Assembly: GCA_040285855.1 (NCBI GenBank)
Contig: JAUFOQ010000016.1
Location: 2,294,001-2,358,000, forward strand
DNA length: 64,000 nucleotides
Source of the DNA: Eukaryota sp. GEM-RC1
Taxonomy: Eukaryota
Direction: 5' to 3'
A model generated the notes under the pieces. That model searched no databases. It was not told the origin of the DNA and saw only the letters and a program-made list of their open reading frames with translations. Below, piece by piece: positions 1 to 12,966 of the stretch. The translations under genes and the position numbers were made by a program. Positions within the stretch are counted from its first letter, which is position 1. Every line of letters starts with the position of its first letter.

Positions 1-1341
1 TGATTGTACAGATTAGAGTTTTTAACCACTTGAAATTTGAGCGGAAGTCTTGATAAGTCAAGCTCTTCTGGTCCACATAGAACGTAATAATGACCATGAC
101 GTAACCCAGACCAACTTTTTACCTTTTCTCCACTTTGATTGTAGATATTCCTCACAATGCCAGTATTAAGTTGTCCTACAGCATCTGTTAAATAGAGACG
201 GAGTTGATGGTAATTACGAAGTTTCTCCCTGTTAAGCACTACTCTTTGAGGTTCATCATGAAGGGAACCGTTTTTGAATACATAGATTGGAAACAACAGA
301 AGACAGAAGAACTGGTTGTGCAGGAGTTGATGATAGACGAGAAGTAGGTAAAGAAGGAGGGGGCTCACTACGGAGATTACGAGGAGAAGAGTGGATGTCT
401 TGTGAGGCTGGGATCTGAGTAAGTGTTAGGGGAATCTGAGAGGCATCAAATGGTTCAAAGTTTCTGACGGCAATGTAAGGTTGATCTGGTTTGAGCTGAG
501 AAATAGACTTGATTTCAAGCCCTGATGGAGTAAATAAGCCAGTGCAATTGCCAGAAAAGATGCGATGGTCGGATAAGTCTTGGAAATTCCAGGATGCATC
601 TCTGTTATTGTTTATGTATTTGTCAAGGGCATCTCTACATTGAGAAAGGAACTCAATAAAAAGGTCTTTAAAGTGCGAAGAAGTAGCATCTGACAATTTA
701 GGTGGTACAACAGCCAAAGAGACACCGTCATGACAAGAGTGGCCATTTTCAAAGACTCGAATATGGAATAATTGAGTGTTTGGAAGTGATGGGACAGACG
801 TTCCAATACGAAGCCGCTGCACCGTTTCCATTACAGGTTTAGGGACTGAACGGGGTTTTCCAAGTGGAGATGAGGGAAGATGATTGATTTCGATCGTATT
901 TGAAGACTCATTGTCACAATTTGCCCTATGAATGGGAACAACTTTTGCAACAATCTTGTTTTCCTGAATAGCGTTTCTTGATATCGCAGCCCTAGCAATC
1001 CTGTGATAGTCAAATGATTCGCCACTACATACGATGTATGCTTTTCGATCTTGAAATTCCTGTAATCCTCTTATCATTTTGCCATCCAAATTATATACCT
1101 TTCTTACAGGACCCGTGAATGGCCTCAAAATTGAAGTTGCTTTGTCATAAAGGTGCTGCATTGTATGAATTCTCTGTGGATTCACCGCCAAAGCAACCCC
1201 AGTTTCGTTTATCTGACCGTTACGAAAGATGTAAATCAGAGGTCCCTTCGTTCCATCATGGTTATATTTCTTGATGGGTCGTTTCTTCATTGGAGCATTA
1301 TAAGGAAACCGTACCTCTTGCTTGTAGAATTGATGATACAT
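1..1341 (-). CDS. Doublecortin (DCX) domain microtubule-associated protein, ~3 DCX domains; frameshifted, 3' end probably outside window
   Basis: ORF 256-1341 has IYIFRNG..ATSILRPFTGPVRKVYNLDGKMIRGLQEFQDRKAYIVCSGESF (DCX-like) and a second IRVFENG..LFTPSGLEIKSISQL..QPYIAV unit. Shifting frame near 290 and 120 gives a third unit: PIYVFKNG..TGIVRNIYNQSGEKVKSWSGLRHGHYYVLCGPEEL. Confidence 0.8.
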
Positions 1342-1430
1342 TCCTAACCAAAGTTCGTAGTCGACTCAGGTTATGTAATCCTTGCTTCTAGATCTTCAGT
1401 TAGCAGATCTCAACTATATCACAATTCCTT

Positions 1431-1958
1431 ATGCTGCATCTGCAGATTGTTGCACTGCTTCTCCTAGCAGTATCATGTGTTTCTGTAAGTAGAGATTGTC
1501 GCAATTGTATTGAACTGTTTCAAGACTCTCTCCCAAAGCATCCGCTAGCATTACGTCATCAAAAGACTATAATATACAGATTGCGTTACGCCTGTCTTAG
1601 TTTTCCAGCAAAAGCAGAAACAAAATGTTTACGCTTTCTAATGACAAATTCCAGTATTGGTGTCACCTATGCTATAGATAATAAGTTGAGATATCTCTGC
1701 GAGGAGATCCAGTTGTGCCATTCTGATATGTGTGAATCATGTATTCATGCTGTTGAGATAGTTCAACCGCTGTTGGATATGACAAAGCATTCTCGTACTT
1801 CTGATTTCATTTCCATAATGTGCACGCTTTTAGAACCCTTTGTTGAAAAGAAACAGTGTGGTAAGTTGTTGCAGGAAGAGATGCATTATGTTGAACGATT
1901 TTTCCATGAACAACCAAATGGTTATCCGTTTTGCAAGACTTTCAGGTTTTGTTCTTAA
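1431..1958 (+). CDS. Secreted saposin-like protein (two SapB-type domains)
   Basis: Hydrophobic signal peptide followed by two Cys sets with saposin spacing (CxxC...C...C...lCxxxxxC), e.g. CRNC..YLCEEIQLC and CESC..FCKTFRFC. Confidence 0.75.
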   Translation: MLHLQIVALLLLAVSCVSVSRDCRNCIELFQDSLPKHPLALRHQKTIIYRLRYACLSFPAKAETKCLRFLMTNSSIGVTYAIDNKLRYLCEEIQLCHSDMCESCIHAVEIVQPLLDMTKHSRTSDFISIMCTLLEPFVEKKQCGKLLQEEMHYVERFFHEQPNGYPFCKTFRFCS

Positions 1959-2049
1959 ATAAATTTGTGGTTTTTTGATTTTTCTAGGAGAAAAGATATT
2001 ATGAGACGGTGCAGATACAGAAGAATCATAATGATAGACATGTTGATTA

Positions 2050-4350
2050 TCAAAAGTTGCAAAGAGGACTCAAAACTTTTGAGCCAAAAGAAGGAATAGA
2101 ACGATTGTGGAGAAGTTTGATGTAGATGAAGGATTGTGAACAGTTATGGAAAGGGTTTTCCTAGGTTTGTGACAAATTGAGACTTTGAAATTTAATTTTT
2201 TCTTGGTCTAAATTTCCTCTCGACATGCCTCAAGTACTGTCGAAGAAGGATTTGCTCCAAAAGCTCCAATCCCATCGCCAGGGACCCCAGTTTGAGATTA
2301 GACTTGGATATCGAGTCTACAAGATCCACAAGTTCATGGCCGACTTGTTCTTCGACGATGCCTTCTCCGACAACATTGATCTCGTAGATGTTGATCCCCG
2401 CCTCTTGGAAAAAGTGATCGCCCTTATCTACGGAAACTCTCCATTGATAAGAAGAGAAGAACACCAAGAGTTCCTCCACCTTGCTAACATGCTGAAGTTG
2501 AGACACTGGTCGTCCGGCGACTTCCCTGAGGGTCTCATGCTGAATCTGCGTTGGTCCGATTTCGATATCAAGCCGCCTAATGATGTGACCGTGGTCTTCA
2601 AAACCCTAGAGCTGTCCTCAAGTTCTGTAAGACTGCAGCTGACCTCCAAGTTCTTTGACTCGTGCCCGACTCAAGTGGATTTCTCTCAGCACTTTTCTCT
2701 GTCTGAAGCTGAATTCTGGTATCTCTTTCAATATTTGAATTCTGAGAAAGACCTGAGCATTACTACAAATAATGCTCTGAGATACATTGCTGCTGCTGAA
2801 CACTTCCGTTGTCAACAACTTGTGGATTCTTGCTGGAGCTTCTTGCTGGAAAACCATCCCTCTCCCAGTACTCTTGTTCAATTCTTCCAAAACTGCACGG
2901 AATTGGAGTTGAAGTCTCTATTGAACAGAAGTCTCGTATGTCTGTTCTCGATTCCAGATGATCTTAAAGCTGTCCCACTGTCAATAGAGAAGGCCATTCT
3001 CTTAGCCAGCGTTGTAGACCTGCCTTTCCTCCAGAAGTGCCTGAAGTTGATGCCGTTCACAGTAGCTCCAAGCAAGTTAAGGAGTGTACTGAAGGATTCA
3101 AAACTGCCTTCAGACTTCAAGATTCTTTTACTTGAACTGTTGGAGTTGAATCAATCCCAGCTAGCTGACGTCATTAGTGATTTCCTCGTTAAGAATTTCT
3201 ACTTGTTGAAAAACTCTTCGTCGGTTGACTTGTGGCGGCTAGCCTTGAACAGTAACCGATGTATGGACGTCATTGGCAAAAGCATCTCTTCCATGGAACA
3301 CAAAGATCTACCCACCCCTTCTCTGTCCCTTGCTGCTTTCAACAGTTTGCTAACTGTGGTGCAAGGAAAAGACGACTGGCTCTTGAAGCTCTTCATGAAG
3401 TCTGTCAGAGAAGGGGTGGAAGAAGAATTTGAATCAACATTGGAAAATCTAAATCTCAATGTTGAACATCATCTGCTTTACCGATCTTTACAAACTCTGG
3501 CAAACGATGAGAAGATCCAAAACCTGATCTACAAACATTGCTTTGACAATGTTGTGCCCATCCTTTGTCTGAGAACTACGAACTCCACTTCAAAACCGAA
3601 GTATTCTCCCAACGTGTTCAGGAACTTACTGATGCTCTTTCAAACAAAAACGAAGAGCTAGTTCGAGCTGAACTGCTGATTTCGAGCCTCAACTTTGAAA
3701 TCGCCTACCTGGAAACATGTCGTAATGAGCTTTCTCCAAAATTATCACCTAAACACTCATGTGATTCTCCCTTGGTTGAACAGCAACGACATTTTGATGA
3801 TTTGATTGAATCCCAATGGCTGTCTATCCCTTATCCTAAAGAAACTTTCTGTTTCTGGGAAGACAAGAAACCATTGGTGACATCATTTTTTCAATTCCAC
3901 CAACCCAAAAATTAAGTCTGGATTTTTCCAGCACTGAGACGGAACCTTTGATTTCATATATCAATCGTTCCGGATCTCACCCCGCTATTTTCCACAATAC
4001 AAATATATGTGTATTAATAGTAACCCCTTTGATTCATTTAATCAAATAATTGTATAATTTAGTTACTTTATATAAACCAATTTAATAAAATACTACTGAA
4101 CCAAAGTTCTATTCTTACTTTTGCATACGACAACGAAATAACAATAAAGAAGATTACTGTGGAACAATTGCAAAATTACCAGTTAAAAAAGATTTTTGCA
4201 ACTGTGGAAAAACACAACAATCGGAAAAGATAAACTGTCTAAAATCAATGAAAAATTGACATGCTGACAATTGAGTAGCTTTTAATTCTAATGGAACAAT
4301 CACAAAGTGTTTGAGTGGACAAGATGTCATCACTTCTAAAGGGGTGAGGT
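2050..4350. repeat. Left arm of ~2.3-kb inverted duplication (partner ~8440-10750)
   Basis: Reverse-complement match to 8440-10750. Near-identical over the CDS and about 200 bp downstream, more diverged at both ends. Confidence 0.92.
2225..3915 (+). CDS. BTB/POZ-like domain protein, copy A (one frameshift near 3563)
   Basis: Two BTB-like segments (YKIHKFMA..VDPRLLEKVIALIYG..LANMLKL and SKFFDS..LFQYL..AAEHFRCQQLVDSC). ORFs 2225-3661 and 3565-3915 join if CCTTTG has four Ts, as in the paralog. Confidence 0.65.
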
Positions 4351-4541
4351 CACCAGAAAACACATCATGAAAGAGCTACTAAAGTATCCTAAACAGTATT
4401 CGAAAATGGCATCAAATCCAAGGCTCCTCGTTATAAAATATCACAGCAGGAGGAACATTAGACGGGCAAGGTTCTATCACTCTAAAGATCACTTCCCTAA
4501 GGAAATCCACTTTTTAGCCAAAGAACTACTATTATCTCCAA

Positions 4542-6754
4542 TCAAAATTGATTTAGTTCTCCCTTTGATTCCAGAAAAACAACAGGAAACTTAACGGAAA
4601 CAAGACAATCAGGGGGTAAAATCATTGATTGATGAGTGGAAAGCTTCGCATCATCAGCATAAAACCTAGTGTTCAGAATTGGTCTAAAAACAGTCTTAAT
4701 AGAATTTCCAGGTGTTTTAATGTGTACTCGAGTCAAATGAGCGGCGACGACATTACATTTGGGACATGGTAAAACTAAAGGTAGCTCATTGTTTAAAAGA
4801 AAAGCAAATAACTCTGATGGGTTTGAAGAGACCGAAATGTTCAACTTATTTAAAATATTGTGATCCAGAAAAAATCTACAGCCTTGACAAGTAGCTGAAG
4901 AAGACTTGTAGAACCCTGATAAACATTCATATTCCACAGCTAGACCCATGGAGCTAGTACAGTTTTGCACAGTAACTTCAGCAAAAGCAAGTGTGGTAGC
5001 ATTTGTTGAGGGAAAAACGTCATCAAATTGAGGATTCAATTCATTTGAAAGAGTAATTGTCCCCAGTACATCAGGCATTGGCGTCGGTTCGACTCCCAGT
5101 GAGGGCGAAATTAGATGGAACTGAATCCAAAGCCTTTTAGAGGTTGATACAGAACAATTGGAACATTTTTCAGAAATATCTTTAGACTTTTTGAAATCTC
5201 TACCTCGACGGCGATAATTTTTTAAATATTTGAGCTGAATGCTTCCTCCATCATAAACTTGAGAGAGTAAATAGTGAACATCAAAGAACGGACCATGATT
5301 AATAAGAGATTGTCCACACAGGCAACCAATTGTGATTGATGAGCCAGAATGATTGGACGGAAACATTCCAGAATTAGAAGGCACAATCAAATTCGTTGGT
5401 AGATTCTTAGGAAACGTGACCAATCGTTCAGATAAGCTGGCATTGTTTGGTCTAAAATTTTTGCAAACTTCTACAATGTCAACAGTTTTTTGATCAATAA
5501 ACTCAGTGTTCCAGAGAAAAAGATCTGAAACTACGATTCCACCAGACTCCACCAAAGAAACTGTCCCATTAGTAATTAAATATTGAGAAAAATTTGAATT
5601 TGTCAAAACTCCCCCGTTAGAATCTCCAGGAAAACGGGGAATATTTTTGAAAAAGGGCGGAGTTGTATGAATAGATTTAGTACACGAACCCCCAAATAAA
5701 TTAGGAAAAAGACAGTTTCCTTTTTTAAGAAGGCATTCAGTAATAATTGATTGGCTCATATCATCATCCATAAACTTCCGCATACCAATCACTTCTGCTT
5801 GTTTGATAAAGTCATATGAGTCAATAGAATTCTTTTGAATATCTTGGATCACTCTGAGAGAGGAATTTTTTCTATTGGCTAGAAACAAATGGGCAGGTGA
5901 AATTAAGAACTCCAAGAGCTGGTTAAAAGACTTACTGAGAGGATTTTGATTGAACAAAAACAATGAGGAATTCTTTGAAAGTTTTTCAAGCCAAAAATCA
6001 AAAGACACAGTGACGTGTTTTGATTGCGTTTTCGATAAATCTTGAAAAAATTGAATCTTGTCAAAATTCCGACCATAAAGGCAACAATTATCGACATTGA
6101 AGTAGCAAAGTTTCTGCCGAGGAACGAATTTCTTGTACAGTTCATCAATATTCAATTCTCGATAATCTGTAGAGGTCTGATCACCAATCATCGACTCAGT
6201 GATTGCACTGAAACAGTCAGATTTGATTGAAGGAGTAACGTCACCATTAATAATCACGCTAGAAAGGCTTGAGTGGAACCGTGGAACAAACTTCGATAAC
6301 TGCGCACAAACAGCAAGTTGACGAAAGAGATAGAGTGACGAAATGTCAGAAGAGGAAGGTAGGATCAGTACAACGTTGGTTGAGATAGAGAAAGCAAAAG
6401 AAGGAATCGAACTAGAGCATTCAAAGGAGATACTTTACTAGAGAGGTTTGGGAGTTGGATGTTAGCAGAAGGAGAGGGAGCAACGGTAGTAAGAATATCA
6501 AAGTGAAGAATTGGACTAGGGAAGATAGAACTGGGATAGAAGCACCAGGAGAGACAAGGAACAGGGGACTGTACCAATGAGCAAGAAGTGCTGAACAATG
6601 AAGACAAAAGATCAGCTCTAGCAGGGAAAAATGGACCAAAAGTTGTAATGACCGAAATTTGGGAAGATTCAGTTAGGGAAGGACGAATAGAGTGAAGAAC
6701 AGACTCCATAAATGCATCGACGGAAGTGAGCGAATTAGCATAGATGGAGGTCAT
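4542..6754 (-). CDS. SMG8: Nonsense-mediated decay factor SMG8-like protein (frameshift near 6385)
   Basis: Motifs in the order I recall for SMG8: RFLLLLSLSTNVVLIL..DISSLYLFRQL; HSGSSITIGCLCG..PFFD; AVEYEC; LPLVLPCPKC..AHLTRVHIKTP..ILPPDCLVSVKFPVVFLESKG (compare the SMG8 C-terminal AQLMRLFVVVP..LPPDGLWVLRFPYAY..RG). Confidence 0.72.
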
Positions 6755-6920
6755 GTTTTTGTTGAACAGAAAATTACTGTTGTTTATTTTGATGTCGACA
6801 GACACACACCGTAAATCTAAACAGTATACCTATCCTATAGCACGTACCAATAAAAGAACTAACAGATACTGTCCGACTTTTTAATCTTAAGAAATTGTAC
6901 ATAAAATCACAATTAAAAAT

Positions 6921-6991
6921 TGCATCCGCCGGGAATCGAACCCGGGTCACATCGATGGCAACGACGTATTCTACCACTAAACCACGAACGC
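6921..6991 (-). tRNA. tRNA-Gly(GCC)
   Basis: GCGTTCGTGGTTTAGTGGTAGAATACGTCGTTGCCATCGATGTGACCCGGGTTCGATTCCCGGCGGATGCA folds as a cloverleaf. Anticodon arm CGTCG-TTGCCAT-CGATG, T-loop TTCGATT, no encoded CCA, followed by ATTTTT (Pol III terminator). Confidence 0.97.
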
Positions 6992-7597
6992 TTGTTGTAT
7001 GAGAATACCGTTTCAGGCAAAGCTCTTGTGACAGCAATTAGTAAAACCGTTTCATTAACACGAAATTTAAGTATCACAAGAATACTATCATCAATATTAA
7101 CCAAGAAGATACCAATACATCTGCTTCGTCTCACATTCATGTGCCAATTCAAAGGGACTCATTAAAATCGAATCCAAATACTCAAACAATGCTTCAAAAG
7201 GGAAAATGACCACCCTTCTCTCCAATATCGTTCATGCCATTCCGATTACACAATTTGCTGACTAATTGGAGAAAGTGTTTTCCAAAAATACCAAACCTTC
7301 TGTATAAAAGTGCACAATATTGTTAGATCCTAGAAAATAGAACAGTTTATTTGTAAGAGAAAGAAAGGCGTTAGAAAGAGAAGTCACCATAACTTTAAAG
7401 CTAGATAACACAACGTCCTTGTTCTATTTTTTACAAGTTTCACAAACTTCTCAAGTATTGATGTTGGTGATTCTCCTAGAGAACCGTACAGCGTAAATAC
7501 TACATTGTAGTAAAAATGTGTACAACAAGTAATTCGAGTGTGATTCCGAGTTCAATAATGTCAATTTGGCACAATTTGGCCTTAGAGAAATTCTCAA

Positions 7598-7940
7598 GAA
7601 TTTGTACTGGACTTGACTACAGTTGATCCTTGTAATTCTACTTCTAGAAAAAAGTACTTAATGATGAATTTTCGACCATTGATCATGTTGAAGACAAGAC
7701 AGTTTTTCGATATATGGATTGTTTTAAAAAGTCTCAAATAAACAATGCTTTTGTTTTACAACCTTATATGGCAATTTAGATACTGTAGCTAATAACTTCT
7801 TATGTTCGTTTAAGGATTTGTGTAATGATGTCGGTAAAAAGATCAACAGTTGTTTTTGGAGAGGATCGTCTAGTATTTGCTTTATATCGTTCTATGAACA
7901 ATTACTTTGATGATATCTTGAGTTTGTTGGGTGATGGAGA
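7598..7940 (+). mobile_element. Degenerate 3' end of probable RLE-type non-LTR retrotransposon
   Basis: Broken reading FVLDLTTVDPCN..HVEDKTVFRY..LYGNLDTVANNFLCSFKDLC..FWR(D)RLVFALYRSMNNYFDDIL resembles a restriction-like endonuclease C-terminus. Homologous peptides recur at 11383 and 53490. Confidence 0.55.
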
Positions 7941-8439
7941 GGGTTGTGTGATGGAGAAGGTTGTGTGATGGGGTAGGTTGATTTGTATGCTGTATTTTCT
8001 TTAGTGTAAGTTTATAGAATAAAGCACTTTTTTTAACACAATATGTATTTTGGCATTTTAAATTGTACAGCAATTAAAAGAGTGTTGTTGGCATCAAATA
8101 TGACAAATTTCGTGTTGGAATCATAACATACATCAATAAACATGACAATTCAGCAATAATGAAAGAATCATCAAGACCAGAATATGTCACAATACCACGA
8201 CTAATTCCAAACCATTCTCACCATTCTTACCATTAATAGAACAAGCCAATTGTGCTACTAAACACAATTAATTTTTTGGCTCGACAGTGCATTTCTTTGG
8301 GGCAATGCTCAGTCATTTGACCTCTTTTGTTTTTACCTACAACTGTGATTTTACCAACCAGCAATATTTAGACTTGATGAGATTTTCAGGCAGTTTTTAG
8401 GTTACTATAATTGCTCTTTTGGAAATAATGTGTATACTG

Positions 8440-10750
8440 ATGACCTCACCCATTTAGAAGTGATGACGATCTTATGCACACAAACATTGTGTGATTGCTC
8501 CAATGGAATTCAAAAAATACTCATCCATTAGTGTGTTAGTCTTAACACAGTGTTTCGCTTCTGATTTTAATCCAGAACCGTTGGAACAATCTTGGTTTAC
8601 ACGTAATTCTGCAACTGTTTCGAGGTTTAATCAAATAAATTAATAGTTACTTTGCTGTTGTATGCGAAAGAAAGAATAGAACTTTGGTTCGGTAGTATTT
8701 TATTAAGTTGGTTTATATACAGTAACTAAATTATACAATTAATTGATTAAATGAATCAAAGGGGTTACTATTAATACACATATATTTGTATTGTGGAAAA
8801 TAGCGGGGTGAGATCCGGAACGATTGATGTAAGAAATCAATGGTTCGGTCTCAGTGCTGGAAAAATCCAGACTTAATTTTTGGGTTGGTGGAATTGAAAA
8901 AATGATGTCACCAATGGTTTCTTGTCTTCCCAGAAACAGAAAGTTTCTTTAGGATAAGGGATAGACAGCCATCGGGATTCAATCAAATCATCAAAATGTC
9001 GTTGCTGTTCAACCAAGGGAGAATCACATGAGTGTTTAGGTGATAATTTTGGAGAAAGCTCATTACGACATGTTTCCAGGTAGGCGATTTCAAAGTTGAG
9101 GCTCGAATTCAGCTGTTCAGCTCGAAATAGCTCTTCGTTTTTGTTTGAAAGAGCATCAGTAAGTTCCTGAACACGTTGGGAGAATACTTCGGTTTTGAAG
9201 TGGAGTTCGTAGTTCTCAGACAAAAGGATGGGCACAACATTGTCAAAGCAATGTTTGTAGATCAGGTTTTGGATCTTCTCATCGTTTGCCAGAGTTTGTA
9301 AAGATCGGTAAAGCAGATGATGTTCAACATTGAGATTTAGATTTTCCAATGTTGATTCAAATTCTTGCTTCTTCCACCCCTTCTCTGACAGACTTCATGA
9401 AGAGCTTCAAGAGCCAGTCGTCTTTTCCTTGCACCACAGTTAGCAAACTGTTGAAAGCAGCAAGGGACAGAGAAGGGGTGGGTAGATCTTTGTGTTCCAT
9501 GGAAGAGATGCTTTTGCCAATGACGTCCATACATCGGTTACTGTTCAAGGCTAGCCGCCACAAGTCAACCGACGAAGAGTTTTTCAACAAGTAGAAATTC
9601 TTAACGAGGAAATCACTACTGACGTCATCCAACTGGGATTGGTTCAACTCCAACAGTTCAAGTAAAAGAATCTTGAAGTCTGAAGGCAGTTTTGGATCCT
9701 TCAGTACACTCCTTAACTTGCCTGGAGTAACTGTGAGCGGCATCAACTTCAGGCACTTCTGGAGGAAAGGCAGGTCTACAACGCTGGCTAAGAGAATGGC
9801 CTTCTCTAATGACAGTGGGACCGCTTTAAGATCATCTGGAATCGAGAACAGACATACGAGACTTCTGTTCAATAGAGACTTCAACTCCAATTCCGTGCAG
9901 TTTTGGAAGAATTGAACAAGAGTACTGGGAGAGGGATAGTTTTCCAGCAAGAAGCTCCAGCAAGAATCCACAAGTTGTTGGCAGCGGAAGTGTTCAGCAG
10001 CAGCAATGTATCGCAGAGCATTATTTTTCGTAATGCACAGGTCTTTCTCAGAATTCAAATATTGAAAGAGATCCCAGAATTCAGCTTCAGATAGAGAAAA
10101 GCGCCGAGAGAAATCCACTTGAGTCGGGCACGAGTCAAAGAACATGGAGGTCAGCTGCAGTCTTACAGAACTTGAGGACAGCTCTAGGGTTTTGAAGACA
10201 ACGGTCACATCATTAGGCGGCTTGATATCGAAATCGGACCAACGCAGATTCAGCATGAGACCCTCAGGGAAGTCGCCGGACGACCAGTGTCTCAACTTCA
10301 GCATGTTAGCAAGGTGGAGGAACTCTTGGTGTTCTTCTCTTCTTATCAATGGAGAGTTTCCGTAGATAAGGGCGATCACTTTTTCCAAGAGGCGGGGATC
10401 AACATCTACGAGATCAATGTTGTCGGAGAAGGCATCATCGAAGAACACGTCGGCCATGAACTTGTGGATCTTGTAGACTCGATATCCAAGTCTGATCTCA
10501 AACTGGCGCCCATTGCGATGGGATTGGAGCTTTTGGAGCAAATCCTTCTTCGACAGTACTTGAGGCATGTCGAGAGGAAATTTAGACCAAGAAAAAATTA
10601 AATTTCAAAGTCTCAATTTGTCACAAACCTAAGAAAACCCCCCTTCCCATGACTGTTCACAAGCCTCCTTTATCTACAACAAACTAGTCCACAATCGTTC
10701 TAATCCTACTTTTGAGTCCTCATTGCCACTTTGGGAACATGTTGTTGTTC
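8440..10750. repeat. Right arm of inverted duplication
   Basis: Reverse complement of ~2050-4350. Confidence 0.92.
8873..10568 (-). CDS. BTB/POZ-like domain protein, copy B (frameshift near 9368)
   Basis: Near-identical to copy A. Carries an extra GCAA in GAAGAA-GCAA-GAATTT but is intact at the site where copy A is broken. Confidence 0.65.
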
Positions 10751-11382
10751 AATGATTCTTTCCCATAATCCCACTGTCTTACAGTCCTATTCTCTTTGCT
10801 GATCCCTCAGATTCCTATCTAAATTTAACATGTTCTGTTTCTGCCAATGCAATTTTATTGGAATGCTACGCTTTTCCAGAGCAACCCCCAACACCAGATC
10901 TTAGTATCCTCTCTAATACCCAATCTTCTGACTATTTTGCAAACGAAAGGACCGTTTTTTATCTCAAGAAGAACGCAACTTCCTACTATCTTGACTGTAT
11001 AAAAGCAAATGAACTCCTTGTTTTCACATACTTGCTAATCTATGTAATCTTCGTCTTCCTCCTTGTTGATCTACCACACTCATGGACGATAACATCAACA
11101 TCATATACCAAAAAAAGAAGTTGTAACAACTCAGATTTCCAAAGTTAGAATCGAAGTTTTATTTGGTTTATTATTCTGTAACTATTGACTCCTTTCCAAA
11201 ACGTATATTAGTAAGTGATTGGTATAATCACGTAATAGTGATTCTAAATCGGAAGCTGCGACATTCTAAACATACTCTAAGATAGACTAAAAGTTTAGTA
11301 TTTAGATAATCTAAATACTGACGGCCAGTCATTAATCTAAGTATTTTCCAGTGAAATGGAAATTGAAAGTCTGTCCATGTAG

Positions 11383-11480
11383 AAGTTTAACATTAGTTTT
11401 TGGAGGGATCGCCTCGTTTTTTTATATTTCGTTCAATGTTTCCAGTATTTCGATGGAATTTTGAAGAAACTCTTTGGGGT
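11383..11480 (+). mobile_element. Short 3'-end relic of the same putative retrotransposon family
   Basis: KFNISFWRDRLVF..FRSM(F)QYFDGILKKLFG with indels; aligns with 7850-7935 and 53570-53665. Confidence 0.5.
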
Positions 11481-11991
11481 TCAAGACCATGTCATGGAAT
11501 AGTATTGTTTTGTTTACGTCTATAGATTTTATGTATCTTTTAGAGATAAAAGATTTTTTTCTGAATCATGTATATCTTATAGTTTTCTACAAATATTGTA
11601 CAACCAAATGTTGTTGTTACAAATGTTGTCAGTTTCTATGTTTTGAACACTGGTGCTAGTACCATTAGATGTCTTTTGATTAGTTTTTAAATCAGAGTCT
11701 TCTGGATTCTTGGAAATGTTGGACTACTTAGTTGAACGTTTTACTGTCTCTCAACCTCTTTGGAAGCAAACGGTATTCAATGAGAAGTGGATGAATTATA
11801 GAATTTTTAAAGTATAGACGGAATGATACGATTACTGCTGTCAGTTGAAACAGAAATAATATAAATTTTAATACACTAAAAAAAGAAGAAAATATAGATT
11901 GAAACCCGTTATTTACGTCAATTTGGAAAATTGTACGAGAATTCAATTTCACAGAAATACACAATATCAACAACAAACACAAACTAATAAT

Positions 11992-12966
11992 TCACACTCC
12001 GGACAAAAAAGATTCCAACATGTTACTTTTAAATGACTGTGCTAGAACCATTACATCACTATACACTATTCGACAAACACCATTTGTCAAGAAATTTAAA
12101 ATATCATTAGCAACATCAGAAACTTCTTGAGATTCAGTATCATTTAAAAACTTCACCAAATAATCTTCCAACAATAAACAATTCTCACAAACTTTACATA
12201 AAGAATCACTATAAACCTGCAAGGGAACGGCTCTTTTCACTGTACTTAAAGTTTTTGAGAGCTTTTTAAACACACCCCCAAATCTACCAGAAGTATCATC
12301 ATTCAACTTATTTCTCAAAAGCGAATGGAACTCCGAAACTTGTTCTAAAAACCTACGCAACGTTTCCAAAGGAGATTCTCCATTGGACCGAGACAGAGAC
12401 CTGTAGGACATCAAACAAAAGTCAGACAGGCGATCAAAGAAAGCAACTTGTTCAATTGAGTAGGGTATGGGATTGGGAGAATCAGAGTTCCAGAAACTTC
12501 TAGGGATAAAGAGAGAGTTAGTAATGTGAGAGCCACGTCTTATGGATGATGATATGAGCCGAAGAAACCAGAAAGGAGCGCTGTAACGACATTGTGGCGG
12601 ACTTATGCTAGCTGGATCTATTGGAGGAATTTCGAAAGGAATAAATGGAAGGTCAAAAAGTCTAGCGTATTTTGGGTCTTCTTTATCACGCATTGGTACT
12701 GAAGAAGGTGGTAAGAAGTCACTAAGGTCTGTTGAAGAAGAACTAGTGGCAAGAAACTGGTTTAAGATCTCAATTCGTGCTAGATAGGTTTTCTTGTGTT
12801 CCATAAGAGCAGATGAAGCAGTTTTACTGAGTTTAGACCAATCCTTCAAACAATCATCAATAAGGGTGACTGCTGTGGTATATAGGGGAAGAGCAGAGGA
12901 ATAGTTTCCATTCTCGTCAGCAGCAACAGCTTGCTGAGCTTTGGAAATGGCTTCCTGAATTGTCAT
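11992..12966 (-). CDS. MIT-domain protein
   Basis: N-terminal AISKAQQAVAADENGNYSSALPLYTTAVTLI..LMEHKKTYLARIEIL is a typical MIT three-helix pattern. Intact ORF with no AAA domain. Confidence 0.82.
   Translation of the reverse strand: MTIQEAISKAQQAVAADENGNYSSALPLYTTAVTLIDDCLKDWSKLSKTASSALMEHKKTYLARIEILNQFLATSSSSTDLSDFLPPSSVPMRDKEDPKYARLFDLPFIPFEIPPIDPASISPPQCRYSAPFWFLRLISSSIRRGSHITNSLFIPRSFWNSDSPNPIPYSIEQVAFFDRLSDFCLMSYRSLSRSNGESPLETLRRFLEQVSEFHSLLRNKLNDDTSGRFGGVFKKLSKTLSTVKRAVPLQVYSDSLCKVCENCLLLEDYLVKFLNDTESQEVSDVANDILNFLTNGVCRIVYSDVMVLAQSFKSNMLESFLSGV

Noticed and set aside
2192..3459. Antisense and off-frame ORFs conserved between duplicated segments (also the repeated 60-71 aa ORFs in 28660-33738)
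   Set aside because: They recur only because the underlying DNA is duplicated.
6774..7165. Short ORFs overlapping 6921-6991
   Set aside because: Shadow translations of the tRNA gene.
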